DNA from: Planctomycetales bacterium
Lineage (GTDB): Bacteria; 4484-113; JAFGCY01
Direction of reading: 5' to 3'
Length of the DNA: 32,000 nt
Assembly (NCBI GenBank): GCA_022646745.1
Contig: CP060262.1
Location: 2,370,001-2,402,000 of the forward strand
The notes under the pieces were generated by a model, which did not search any database, had not been told where the DNA came from, and was given only the letters and a program-made list of their open reading frames with translations. Positions within the stretch are counted from its first letter, which is position 1; each line of letters opens with the position of its first letter. Positions 23,976-32,000 of this stretch are shown piece after piece. Made by a program: the position numbers and the translations under genes.

Positions 23976-24986
23976 TTAGAAGGTGTTCACTGACAGCGCG
24001 TTGAACACGCCGCTGTCAAAGTAGCCGGTGACCTGCACTCCGCGTTCGGCCAGCTCGGTGATCGCCAGGCTGAAGAACTCGCCGCCCTGGCTGCTGACCA
24101 CGAAGCGCTCCACCGGGGTGAAGTAGCTCACGCTGATGTTGACAATGTTTCCGCTGTTGTCGCGGATGCTGATGCGGCCGCGCTCCTCGCTGACGGAGAC
24201 CACCGTGCCGAGGATGGTCTGCAGTGCGGCAGAGCCCTCGCCGGCGTTCACAGGGGTTTCCAGCGGGTCGGCGGTGCCGTCGAAGTTGGCATCATCGAAG
24301 CTGACGTCGTCACCCGGTTCAATGAAGCCGTCGCGGTCGAAGTCCGAGACGAGGCTGCCGCTGGACGGGATCTGCGCCAGTTCAGTGGCCAGGTGCCCGC
24401 CGCGGTCCAGCTTGTCAATGGCGGCAATCAGCACCTCGCCCTGCTCGGGCTCCAGCGCCGGGTCAAGCTTGAGCGCACTGGCCTTGCTGATCTCCATCTT
24501 GACGGTGTGCACGCGGCCCTGCTCGAGGAATAACGGCACGGTCTGGCGCACGGTGTCGCCCGGCGTGCCGTCGCCATCGATGTCCTCGGTAACGCGGAAC
24601 TCCACCTCAAGCCGTGAAAGCAGCACATCACCGTTGATCAGCAGCTCGAAGTCGCCCTTGCCGTCCGGGTTGCCGGCCACGAGGATGTCGTCACCGGGGT
24701 CGATCACGCGCACCAGGATGCCGGTTGACATGTCCAGCTGCGAGGGCTGGCTGGCGCCGTTGGCAAGCACGGTGAAGTCCTTGATCGACACAGTGCCCTT
24801 CACGCTGGTCTGTGTACCGTCACCGTTGACGAGCAGGCGTGACAGTGTCGCCGCCTCCAGTGCCTGCGGTGGTGCGACCTGCGGGTTGCCGCTGTTGGCA
24901 TCCACAGCCTTGCCGCTGCCGCAGCCCGTCATCCCCCAGATGCCGGCGCCCAGCACCAGCACTCCCATCAATCTCACCCAGTTCAT
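23976..24986 (-). CDS. Lipoprotein with DxDxDG-like (calcium-binding-type) motifs, otherwise hypothetical
   Basis: MNWVRLMGVLVLGAGIWGMTG-C-GSG lipobox. Acidic loops DIDGDGTPGD, DFDRDGFIEPGDD and FDDANFDGTADP. The ATG overlaps the stop of the upstream MocR gene (ATGA at 24983-24986). Confidence 0.65.
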   Translation of the reverse strand: MNWVRLMGVLVLGAGIWGMTGCGSGKAVDANSGNPQVAPPQALEAATLSRLLVNGDGTQTSVKGTVSIKDFTVLANGASQPSQLDMSTGILVRVIDPGDDILVAGNPDGKGDFELLINGDVLLSRLEVEFRVTEDIDGDGTPGDTVRQTVPLFLEQGRVHTVKMEISKASALKLDPALEPEQGEVLIAAIDKLDRGGHLATELAQIPSSGSLVSDFDRDGFIEPGDDVSFDDANFDGTADPLETPVNAGEGSAALQTILGTVVSVSEERGRISIRDNSGNIVNISVSYFTPVERFVVSSQGGEFFSLAITELAERGVQVTGYFDSGVFNALSVNTF

Positions 24987-26548
24987 GATGCACTCCTGTT
25001 CGATTTCAGATTCCCCTGTCCGGCCAGCACCCGGCGGATCACCGCCCCCAGCCGTCGCACACCCTGGCGGATCTGCGACTGGTTGAGTGTGCTGAAGGAC
25101 AGGCGGAAGTTGCCGCTGTCCTCACGGCCGACATGGAAGTAGTTGCCCGGCGCGAAGTCCATCCCGGACTGCACCGCCTCCCGGAGGAGGTCCTTGCTGC
25201 TGTGCCCGGCGGGCAGGGAGACCCAGTAGCTGAAGCCGCCGCGCGGGCGTTTCCAGCTGACCTCCGCCGGGAAGTGCTGACGCATCACTTCGTCCATCAG
25301 TTCACGCCTGCCGCGGTAGATGCGGTCCACCTTGCGGCAGTGCAGGTCCATGTAGCCCTTCCTGATGAACTCATGCACGAGTGTCTGCAGGAAGTAGCTG
25401 TCACTTCTGTCCATTGAGCGCTTGGCAATGATGAAGGTCATCGCCAGGTCGCTTGGGATCACCACCCAGGCCACGCGGCTGCCGGGCAGGAACGCCTTTG
25501 AGAAGCTGCCGATCTGGATCACGTTGCCAGCGCTGTCGAGCGTCTTCAGCGAAGGCTGGTGCTCGCCCTCATAGCCGAGCAGCATCGCCCAGTTGTCCTC
25601 GATGATCGGCAGGCGGTGCTTCTGCGCAAGCTGGATCAGGCGCTGGCGCTTCTCGCGGCTCATCGTCACACCCGTCGGGTTGTGCATTGTCGGGATGGTG
25701 ATCAGCAGGCGCGGCTTCTCCTTCTCGACGAGCCGCTCCAGGTAGTCGATGTCCATCCCGTCATGCTCCATCGGGATCCCGCGATGCGGGATGCCGCGTG
25801 CCTCGAGCAGGTTGATGATTGCGTTGAAGGTCGGGTTCTCGACCGCCACCATGTCACCGGGCTTCAAGAGGATTGACAACAGCAGGTTGAGTGCGACCTG
25901 GAAACCGCTGCAGACCACGAAGTCATTGCGCCCGTCTGCCACGTTCAGGCCGTCGCGTGCCTGCTGCATCTCGATGTATTCGCACAGCGGCAGGTAGCCC
26001 TGCGGGTTGCCATAGTCAAAGAAGTAGGCCTGCGGGTCCCACAGCATCTGGCTGGAGACCTTCTTGATGCGCTCGAAGGGGAACAGCTTGGCATCCGGGA
26101 TGGCCCGGCTGAAGCTGATCCACTCCTCGTCGCCCTTCCAGTTCTGGTAATGTGCCGGCATACGGAACCAGGCGGCCGGGATCGAGTAGTCGCCCCAGTC
26201 CATCTGCGCCACATCATGGTCCGGCTGGCCGGGCAGGATCTCCAGTTCCCCGCGCCGGCCCTCGCTTTGGTAGTCACGCCTGCCGACATTACTCTGGCCG
26301 GTGAAGGCGTCGCGGTCCAGCACGTATGTGCAGCTGCCGGGCTTGCTTTCCACCCAGCTGTCCGCGGCGAGCTCAAGGTAGGCCTGCAGCACCGTCTTGC
26401 GCGACACCCCGAGCTGGGTTGCCAGCTCACGGGTGCCGGGCAACTTGTCGCCGGCCGAAAGCAGCCCGCTGCGTATCATCTCCACGATCTTGTCGCGGAT
26501 CTGCATGTAGACGGGCTGGCTAAGCTCCTTGTCTATGGATACAAACAT
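24983..26548 (-). CDS. MocR/GabR/PdxR-type regulator (GntR winged-helix domain fused to a fold-type I aminotransferase-like domain)
   Basis: N-terminus QPVYMQIRDKIVEMIRSGLLSAGDKLPGTRELATQLGVSRKTVLQAYLELAADSWVESKPGSCTYV is a GntR HTH. A linker of about 100 aa follows. The aminotransferase-like domain carries the PLP-lysine context GSFSKAFLPGSRVAWVV. Confidence 0.9.
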   Translation of the reverse strand: MFVSIDKELSQPVYMQIRDKIVEMIRSGLLSAGDKLPGTRELATQLGVSRKTVLQAYLELAADSWVESKPGSCTYVLDRDAFTGQSNVGRRDYQSEGRRGELEILPGQPDHDVAQMDWGDYSIPAAWFRMPAHYQNWKGDEEWISFSRAIPDAKLFPFERIKKVSSQMLWDPQAYFFDYGNPQGYLPLCEYIEMQQARDGLNVADGRNDFVVCSGFQVALNLLLSILLKPGDMVAVENPTFNAIINLLEARGIPHRGIPMEHDGMDIDYLERLVEKEKPRLLITIPTMHNPTGVTMSREKRQRLIQLAQKHRLPIIEDNWAMLLGYEGEHQPSLKTLDSAGNVIQIGSFSKAFLPGSRVAWVVIPSDLAMTFIIAKRSMDRSDSYFLQTLVHEFIRKGYMDLHCRKVDRIYRGRRELMDEVMRQHFPAEVSWKRPRGGFSYWVSLPAGHSSKDLLREAVQSGMDFAPGNYFHVGREDSGNFRLSFSTLNQSQIRQGVRRLGAVIRRVLAGQGNLKSNRSAS

Positions 26549-26575
26549 CCCTCATCCAGATTATATCCGGCTGGC

Positions 26576-26632
26576 TGGTACCACGCTATACCGGTACCAT
26601 TGAAAATGAGGGGTACCAGTTATCCCTCATTT
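26576..26632. promoter_or_regulatory. Cluster of GGTACC(A) motifs and an inverted repeat; candidate MocR operator
   Basis: TGGTACCA (a perfect palindrome) at 26576-26583; GGTACCA at 26593-26599 and 26612-26618. The inverted repeat aaatgaggg (26604-26612) / ccctcattt (26624-26632) brackets the third site. Further sites are TGGTACC at 26701-26707 and a degenerate TGGTTACC at 26681-26688. Confidence 0.45.
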
Positions 26633-26751
26633 GCGATACCTGACTGATAAAGGGAGGAGCAGTTGAGACAACCTCGCAAGTGGTTACCTTCCCTGCGAAC
26701 TGGTACCCTTCATTCACTCCAATCCGGATTCATTTGCGTTGTCCCCTCAAA

Positions 26752-26780
26752 TTGACTTTACCCGTTTGTTGGGGCACAAT
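26752..26780 (+). promoter_or_regulatory. Candidate promoter for the divergent lipoprotein gene
   Basis: TTGACT (26752-26757), 17-nt spacer, CACAAT (26775-26780). It is about 40 nt upstream of the ATG at 26820. Confidence 0.35.
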
Positions 26781-26819
26781 TAAACCAGTTCTTCAGAGAA
26801 TCCAAAGACGGGGACTGTC

Positions 26820-27698
26820 ATGGATCGTGCAACTGGACATTTACTACGTGAAACCGCCCTGCTGGCGCTCCTGCTTCTGATGCTGTGCATGGGCAGCTGT
26901 AACAGGCAGGACAGCGAAACCGCCGCCACAGAAACCGCCGGAGCACCCGCCGAACTGAACGCAGTCGGCGACATCGGCCTGAGCCGCGAAGACATGGTCA
27001 TCCCGGCCGATACCGAAGTCAGCATCGCGGTTGATTATCACGGCTGGGCTGTTGATTCAGATGACGGCAACCCGGCGGACCGTGAGCATATCTTCACGGT
27101 GCAGGCGCGCTGGGGGATGAACCTGTTCGAGGAGACCCGCGAGCTTGCAGTGCGTGAGGGCCAGGCTGACGAGATCCGGCTGGACATCGGTGATGGCCAG
27201 TGGCTGGCAATCAGCCCGCAATGGAACGACCGCCAGCGCGGCAGCTATGAGTTCCGCGTGGAGGAAGGCGATGGCAAGGTGATCGCCGTGTTCGATGCGA
27301 AGGACACGAACGAACTGGAAAGCATGACGAATGCCAACCGCAACGGGCACCACACGAAGACCGTGTTCGCGGACCTCGACAAGCGGATCTTCCTGCAGGA
27401 AGTGAAGCCCGGTGACCTGCACGAATTCAGCCGCAAGTCCGAATTCGGGATTGCCTATGTCGGAGAGGGCTACAAGGATATGCCGACCTGCAAGGAGAAC
27501 GCCAACCACCACTGGCACTTCCCGCGCTTCGAGCTGGTGGCCTGCCCGAAGGAGTGGATGGCCAACTACAGCTTCAAGGGCCTCGGCGAGAAGCTCGTGC
27601 TGGATAAGCCGGGCGCCGAGGGCGGCAGCGGCGGCGTGCAGCGCATCAACTGGGATTCCGTCTACACCCCGGAACGCCGCTGCATGAGCGGTGGTTGA
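26820..27698 (+). CDS. Hypothetical lipoprotein
   Basis: 292 aa. LLALLLLMLCMGS-C-NRQD is a lipobox-like signal. No recognised domain. Divergently oriented from the MocR gene. Confidence 0.6.
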   Translation: MDRATGHLLRETALLALLLLMLCMGSCNRQDSETAATETAGAPAELNAVGDIGLSREDMVIPADTEVSIAVDYHGWAVDSDDGNPADREHIFTVQARWGMNLFEETRELAVREGQADEIRLDIGDGQWLAISPQWNDRQRGSYEFRVEEGDGKVIAVFDAKDTNELESMTNANRNGHHTKTVFADLDKRIFLQEVKPGDLHEFSRKSEFGIAYVGEGYKDMPTCKENANHHWHFPRFELVACPKEWMANYSFKGLGEKLVLDKPGAEGGSGGVQRINWDSVYTPERRCMSGG

Positions 27699-27798
27699 TA
27701 GGCCACACAAACGCCCGGTCGGGCGTCCCCAATGTTAAATTGCTTGGCTGGCTGGGCCTGGCGGGTTAGGCTCTGGCATCACGTGCAAGGAGTGCACC

Positions 27799-29400
27799 AT
27801 GCAACACGGCCAGCTCGTCTTCCTCGTCCATGGTTACAGCATCAACCGGACCGGTACCTACGGCCAGCTGCACCGCCAGCTTGAACGCCGCGGCTTCGCC
27901 CCCCGGGAAATCCAGCTCGGGCGCTACGTCTCCCTCGATGACGACATCGAACTGCGCGACCTGGCGCGAGCGATGGACCGGGCGGTCTGTGCAGCGCTAA
28001 GGCCGTTGCCAAGCGGCACGCCCTTCCATATGCTGACCCACAGCACCGGCGCGCTCATCGCCCGGCACTGGCTGCTGGAGCACTACAGCCAGCGGCGCTA
28101 TCCCCGTTCGCGGCTTGGCAACCTCGTGTTCCTCGCCGGGCCACACTTCGGTTCCCGCCTGGCGCACCATGGCCGCAGTGTGATCGCGCGGGTCTGGCGG
28201 CAGGGTGATGTCGGCCAGCGCGTGCTCAGTGCGCTGGAACTTGGCAGCCAGTACGGCTGGGAGAGTAGCCTGCGCCTTGCCGCCGAGGCGGACTTCTTCG
28301 GCAGCCGCGGCATCCGGCCATACTGCCTCAGTGGTGACCGCACCAGCCGCGACCTGCTGCGCCATGTGGGACTGCTGCGTGAGAAGGGCAGCGACGAAGT
28401 GGTGCGCCTGGCCAGTGCCAACCTCAACTTCCGCCACTACCGGCTGGACATGCTGCGAGACGAGCTCTTCGACCACGCCGCCCCTGCCGCCCAGCTCAGC
28501 GGCATCCCCTTTGCGGCACTGCGCAACTACACCCACAGCGGTGCTGGCAACTCGATCCTGCAGTCCATCTCCGCCGTCGAGCCGCCCGACTGGTCGATCA
28601 AGGCTGACAGCCAGGACGGCCGGCGGCTCAACCTCAAGCTGATTGTGCACCTGCTGGCCAGCCCGACTGACAATGCCAGCTACGCTGCCAACCGCGAGCT
28701 GCTTGCCTCGCTGACTGACAGTGAGTCACAGCGCCTGAGCGACTGCGCCCAGCTGCAGCTGCGCTTCCTCGACCGCGACGGACGCCCGGTGGAGGACTAC
28801 TTCGTGGAGTTCGGCGAGGCCCGGCGTGTGACGGAGCGTGACCGCTATGGCCTTGAGTTCCAGCGCATGGAAATCACCCAGTCAAAGGCGATCACGCATA
28901 TCCACCGCAACAGCCGTAACCCGCACATCCTCACCCTCTTCATTGACCGCTCGCTTCTTACTCGCGAAGCAAGCTACGGCATGCGGGTATTCGTCGAGGG
29001 CCAGCGCCTGCTGCACTGGGATCCGCAGGCCAGCGAGACTGACAGCGCGATCACGATCAAGGGAGAGCACCTGTTGGACCATCTGCTGCCGCGCCATTCA
29101 ACGACACTCGTGGATGTCACGCTGGACCGCGTGCCGGCCCGCGCTCTTTTCCAGTTCGATTCGGCTGCCAGCGTGCATGACGACGTGGCGCTGGAGGCCT
29201 TCATTGAGCAGGAGTTGCTCGCCTTCAGCCGCAGCCGCGCCTACCGCGCGTTGGACGATGCCGGCCGCCGCAGGGCACTGTCACGGCTGGAGCGCCGCCT
29301 CGAATCGCAGCGGCCTGAGCTGCGCGAGCGCTTCCGGCACGACTACCACGTGCAGTGGGAGCGCAGCGGGCGGATCAGGCGCAGCGCACTGGATGGCTGA
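27799..29400 (+). CDS. Alpha/beta-hydrolase (lipase/esterase-like) N-terminal domain fused to an uncharacterised ~300-aa C-terminal region
   Basis: LVFLVHGYS (oxyanion-region pattern as in small lipases), and a nucleophile elbow in FHMLTHSTGALIARHWL (xHSxG). AAGGAG at 27788-27793 sits in the loop of a 5-bp hairpin gtgca-aggag-tgcac just before the ATG. The C-terminal half matches no family I recognise. Confidence 0.6.
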   Translation: MQHGQLVFLVHGYSINRTGTYGQLHRQLERRGFAPREIQLGRYVSLDDDIELRDLARAMDRAVCAALRPLPSGTPFHMLTHSTGALIARHWLLEHYSQRRYPRSRLGNLVFLAGPHFGSRLAHHGRSVIARVWRQGDVGQRVLSALELGSQYGWESSLRLAAEADFFGSRGIRPYCLSGDRTSRDLLRHVGLLREKGSDEVVRLASANLNFRHYRLDMLRDELFDHAAPAAQLSGIPFAALRNYTHSGAGNSILQSISAVEPPDWSIKADSQDGRRLNLKLIVHLLASPTDNASYAANRELLASLTDSESQRLSDCAQLQLRFLDRDGRPVEDYFVEFGEARRVTERDRYGLEFQRMEITQSKAITHIHRNSRNPHILTLFIDRSLLTREASYGMRVFVEGQRLLHWDPQASETDSAITIKGEHLLDHLLPRHSTTLVDVTLDRVPARALFQFDSAASVHDDVALEAFIEQELLAFSRSRAYRALDDAGRRRALSRLERRLESQRPELRERFRHDYHVQWERSGRIRRSALDG

Positions 29401-29424
29401 AACCGGGCCTGTGTGCAATAGAAT
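29397..29424 (+). promoter_or_regulatory. Candidate promoter that would give a leaderless lipB transcript
   Basis: CTGAAA (29397-29402), 16-nt spacer, TAGAAT (29419-29424). The lipB ATG begins 7 nt after the -10 element, and there is no SD between them. Confidence 0.3.
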
Positions 29425-29430
29425 ATCCCT

Positions 29431-30114
29431 ATGGCTGACCACCCGCCGCTGGATGTGCTGCGCCTTGGGCGCCTCGGCTGGCCGCAGTGCTACAGCCGCC
29501 AGCTCGAGCTGCACACCGCGCGGCGCATGGACGAAATCCCCGACACCCTGGTCCTCGTGGAGCACGATCCGGTGATCACGCTCGGGCGCAGCGGGGACAG
29601 TGCCAACCTGATCGTTGACAGGGAGCACCTGGCGGAGCTCGGCGTCGGCTGGCAGGAGATCGAGCGCGGCGGGGACATCACCTACCACGGCCCCGGCCAG
29701 CTCGTCGGCTACCCCGTTGTCAACCTGCGCGCGCGCGGCATGAGCGTGCGTGAGCTGATGCACGGCCTCGAGGAGGCGATCATCCGCACCCTGCATGAAT
29801 GGGGCATTGACAGCGAGCGCATCCCCGGCCTGACCGGCGTGTGGGTCGGTGAGGTGAAGCTGGCCGCGCTTGGCGTGGCGGTGCGCGGCGGGGTGAGCTA
29901 CCACGGCCTGGCGCTGAATGTGACAACGGACCTGAGTTTCTACGACCTGATCATCCCCTGCGGGATCACCGGCAAGCAGGTCGGCAGTATTGAAAGCATC
30001 AGCGGGCAGTCGCCCACGCTGGATGAAGTCGGCAACGCGCTGGAGCGCGAGTTCCGCGAGGTGTTCGGCTACCGCAGTCCGGAAGGCGATTACCAGGCTG
30101 ACCTGTGGGAATAG
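29431..30114 (+). CDS. lipB: Lipoyl(octanoyl) transferase
   Basis: LVEHDPVITLGRSG, GGDITYHGPGQLVGYPV, KLAALGVAVRGGVSYHGLALNV and PCGI are LipB signature blocks. 227 aa. Confidence 0.9.
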   Translation: MADHPPLDVLRLGRLGWPQCYSRQLELHTARRMDEIPDTLVLVEHDPVITLGRSGDSANLIVDREHLAELGVGWQEIERGGDITYHGPGQLVGYPVVNLRARGMSVRELMHGLEEAIIRTLHEWGIDSERIPGLTGVWVGEVKLAALGVAVRGGVSYHGLALNVTTDLSFYDLIIPCGITGKQVGSIESISGQSPTLDEVGNALEREFREVFGYRSPEGDYQADLWE

Positions 30115-30147
30115 TGGTCAGTAGTCAGTATTCAGTATTCAGATTGC
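30113..30147 (+). repeat. Tandem heptamer array (agtggtc-like, five units), starting within the lipB stop codon
   Basis: Units are agtggtc, agtagtc, agtattc, agtattc and agattgc. It is the reverse-complement counterpart of the array at 30251-30292. Confidence 0.8.
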
Positions 30148-30215
30148 TTCGCGTTTCTTTCTGCTTGATTGAATCTGAATTGCCAGTTGGCCCGCCGTAT
30201 TATTCGTTTTCCTGA

Positions 30216-30251
30216 CTTCTGCCTGTTACCTTCTGCCTGTTACCTTCTGCC
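30216..30251 (+). repeat. 14-bp tandem repeat, 2.5 copies
   Basis: cttctgcctgttac at 30216-30229 and 30230-30243, then a partial copy cttctgcc at 30244-30251. Confidence 0.85.
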
Positions 30252-30292
30252 CACTGACCACCGACCACTGACCACTGACCACAGACCACTCT
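30251..30292 (+). repeat. Tandem heptamer array (ccactga-like, six units), inverted relative to 30113-30147
   Basis: Units are ccactga, ccaccga, ccactga, ccactga, ccacaga and ccactct. The reverse complement tcagtgg is a circular permutation of the left-array unit agtggtc. Confidence 0.8.
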
Positions 30293-30298
30293 CTACTG

Positions 30299-30329
30299 AA
30301 AAGGCCCCGGTTGCCCGGGGCCTTTGTTG
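30299..30329. terminator. Bidirectional rho-independent terminator between the convergent lipB and FN3 genes
   Basis: ggccccgg (30303-30310), loop ttgc, ccggggcc (30315-30322). tttgttgt follows on the plus strand and ttttcag follows on the minus strand. Confidence 0.8.
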
Positions 30330-30360
30330 TCTGCTTCTGTTCCAGTGAGTCGGTCTGTGC

Positions 30361-32000
30361 CTACTCGCCGGGGTTCCAGGTCTGGCGCTTGTAGTAGAGG
30401 TCACCCTCCACGTAGTTGTTGCGCTGGCTGTACTTGTTGAACAGGTTGATGTAGTTGTCATCCTGGTCGATGAAGCCGAGGTCGCAGGTCACGCAGTGCT
30501 GGTAGCTCTCACCGGCCGTCACCGAATTGCTCGAGGAGATGTTCGGGATCAGGTTGGCAGGGTTGGACCAGGTGGTGTCCGGGCGCTGGCTGTAGCGCCA
30601 GGAACCGGTCAGCTGGGCGGACTGCTCAATCAGGTCGACTTCCATGTCCAGGTTGCTCCACAGCGAGACGGCCTTGCCGGTCGGGGAGAACACGATCTGC
30701 GGGTCCTGCCCGGTGAGGATCGTCTCCTGGGTGAAGTTGTTGAGGTCGATGATGAAGTCGCCTTCCTCAAGCACGTTCTTGATCCAGCTGGTGCCGCTCC
30801 ACATGTAGACGACCGCGTCACTGATCGGAGCATTGCCGAAGCCGGTGTCCACCACGCGCACCTCAGCGTTGACGACGATCGGCACGTTGCTGTTGGGGTC
30901 AATGTCCACCACCATCACGTCACCGCCGTAGCCGGACGGGCCGCCGGTCCAGCCGTCGACGCGGTTGGGACGGGTGAAGTAGTAGAACTTGAGGTCATCA
31001 CTGTTGCTGTCAGCCTGGCCGACGGCGGCGACGGCCCACTGGGATCCGTCACTCTCGTTGATCGTGATGTCGCACTGCCAGATCTCCGGGTTGCCATCCG
31101 CGATCTTCGAGGGCAGGGTCCAGCTGCCGGCCGCAGCACGCTCGGTGTAGAACAGCTTCTCACCACCGTTGTCAGTCGCATAGCAGACCGCGAAGTAGTC
31201 ATCGGTTGCGGAGTAGTCGAGGCCGATGCCGTACAGCTCGGTGATGCCCGTGTTGGCGATCGTGGTCTGGGTCCAGGTGCTGGGGTCGCTGTCCTTGTCG
31301 CCATGCAGTTCGTACAGGGCGTTGGGGGTGCCGAACACCAGGTGGATGTTATTGCCACGGGCCACGGCCTGCGGGTGGTACTTGCGGTCCGGGTTCGAAA
31401 GGATCGTGTTCAGGTCGGTGGTGATCCAGGAGCTGCCGTTCCAGCTGGTGTAGTTCAGCGCCGTGCCGCGGTCCACGGAGAAGATGCGCGGCACTTCCTC
31501 GCCGGGCATGCGCACACTGGCGGTGTCACTGGCGGTCACGCCGCCACCGATCTGGCCGGAGCCGGGGAAGACCTGCGGAGTGGCATAGAGGAAGTTCTCA
31601 TTTGTGGTACGGTTCGGCGGGACTGCGCTGTCCTGGGCCTTGACCGCGAACTTGTAGCGCTGGTCATTGGTCAGGCCGATCACCGTATGGCTGGTGATGC
31701 TGCTGTCAAACACTTCCTGCGGGTTGTCCCAGTCGAAGTCCTCGGTGTCCTCGACGTAGTACAGCAGGTAGCTGACCGGCGGGTTCGTCGCATCCACCGC
31801 ACTGTACCACCTCACGGCGACCGTCTGGTTGTCAGGCTCGGCGCTCTTGATACCCTCGCCCTGGAACCAGGCCGGGGGAGTATTGTCAACGCCGGCCATC
31901 GGGGTTGCGCTGAGGAAGTTCTCATTTGTGGTTTCGTTGCCGACGCTGTCCTGGGCGCGCACACCGAAGTCGTAGCTCACGCCGTTCGTCAGGCCGTTGA
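30361..32000 (-). CDS. Secreted/surface protein with FN3-like repeats and a C-terminal BNR/sialidase-like propeller region; N-terminus outside the window
   Basis: The frame stays open to base 32000 (…NGLTNG-VSYDFGVRAQDSVGNE), so the track's GTG start at 31980 is an internal Val codon. FN3-type strand pattern occurs twice (GLTN..YxFxVxAQDS..N.TTNENFL.ATP). SxW-type blade motifs: NGSSWITT, DPSTWTQTT, AAGSWTLPS, DGSQWAVA, SGTSWIKN, DTTWSNP. Confidence 0.7.
   Translation of the reverse strand, partial: NGLTNGVSYDFGVRAQDSVGNETTNENFLSATPMAGVDNTPPAWFQGEGIKSAEPDNQTVAVRWYSAVDATNPPVSYLLYYVEDTEDFDWDNPQEVFDSSITSHTVIGLTNDQRYKFAVKAQDSAVPPNRTTNENFLYATPQVFPGSGQIGGGVTASDTASVRMPGEEVPRIFSVDRGTALNYTSWNGSSWITTDLNTILSNPDRKYHPQAVARGNNIHLVFGTPNALYELHGDKDSDPSTWTQTTIANTGITELYGIGLDYSATDDYFAVCYATDNGGEKLFYTERAAAGSWTLPSKIADGNPEIWQCDITINESDGSQWAVAAVGQADSNSDDLKFYYFTRPNRVDGWTGGPSGYGGDVMVVDIDPNSNVPIVVNAEVRVVDTGFGNAPISDAVVYMWSGTSWIKNVLEEGDFIIDLNNFTQETILTGQDPQIVFSPTGKAVSLWSNLDMEVDLIEQSAQLTGSWRYSQRPDTTWSNPANLIPNISSSNSVTAGESYQHCVTCDLGFIDQDDNYINLFNKYSQRNNYVEGDLYYKRQTWNPGE

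Noticed and set aside
7691-26636. Short exact words shared between distant noncoding regions. aggcctgagccca occurs at 7691-7703 and 23933-23945. ccctcatttgcga occurs at 23949-23961 and 26624-26636. cccagcgcca occurs in the 7.6-kb and 23.7-kb repeats.
   Set aside because: In 32 kb one expects several exact 13-mer coincidences by chance: roughly N^2/2 divided by 4^13 gives about 8, and more with GC bias. These matches alone do not establish a dispersed element family. They are only worth revisiting if a genome-wide search shows enrichment.
30113-30292. A CRISPR array; the same question applies to 22279-22319 and 23612-23665.
   Set aside because: The repeat units are 7-14 bp and directly abutting, with no 25-40-nt unique spacers. 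No cas genes are present. These are simple tandem arrays.

Overview
High-GC bacterial chromosomal segment; sampled coding lines run about 60-72% G+C. I can support 24 protein genes. By eye I found no rRNA, tRNA, CRISPR array, transposase or integrase. No database search was possible, so all calls rest on motifs read from the translations and on sequence I indexed by hand.

Layout:
(1) 1-1622: a 5'-truncated M24B Xaa-Pro aminopeptidase followed by efp.
(2) 1769-7460: two tandem paralogous giant lipoproteins, each with four PKD-like modules and a Kelch-like propeller.
(3) 7717-19500, all on the minus strand: a roughly 12 kb proteostasis cluster. It reads hrcA-dnaJ, then a 1325-aa TPR protein whose C-terminal J-like domain has NPE in place of HPD, then a divergent grpE, a short-lid Hsp70 and a translationally coupled zinc-ribbon protein. 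Three tandem divergent cyclophilin-like genes lie upstream: one cytoplasmic and two lipoproteins, one of which carries a (GENPC)n cysteine repeat.
(4) 19561-22192: a purA operon that also encodes a secreted unknown and a GGCT/AIG2-like protein.
(5) 22193-23975: a low-GC islet with two small orphan ORFs, framed by an exact 18-nt hairpin repeat, mirror-image strand-asymmetric simple arrays and a hairpin/repeat-dense noncoding tail.
(6) 23976-27698: a MocR-type regulator co-transcribed with a lipoprotein and divergent from another lipoprotein. The intergenic region carries GGTACC(A) repeats.
(7) 27799-32000: an alpha/beta hydrolase with an unknown C-terminal half, lipB, an intergenic region built from inverted heptamer arrays, and a partial FN3/BNR-like surface protein.

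The candidates most worth follow-up are the expanded Hsp70 operon, the structured tandem repeats at 7527-7716, and the low-GC islet with its associated repeat architecture.
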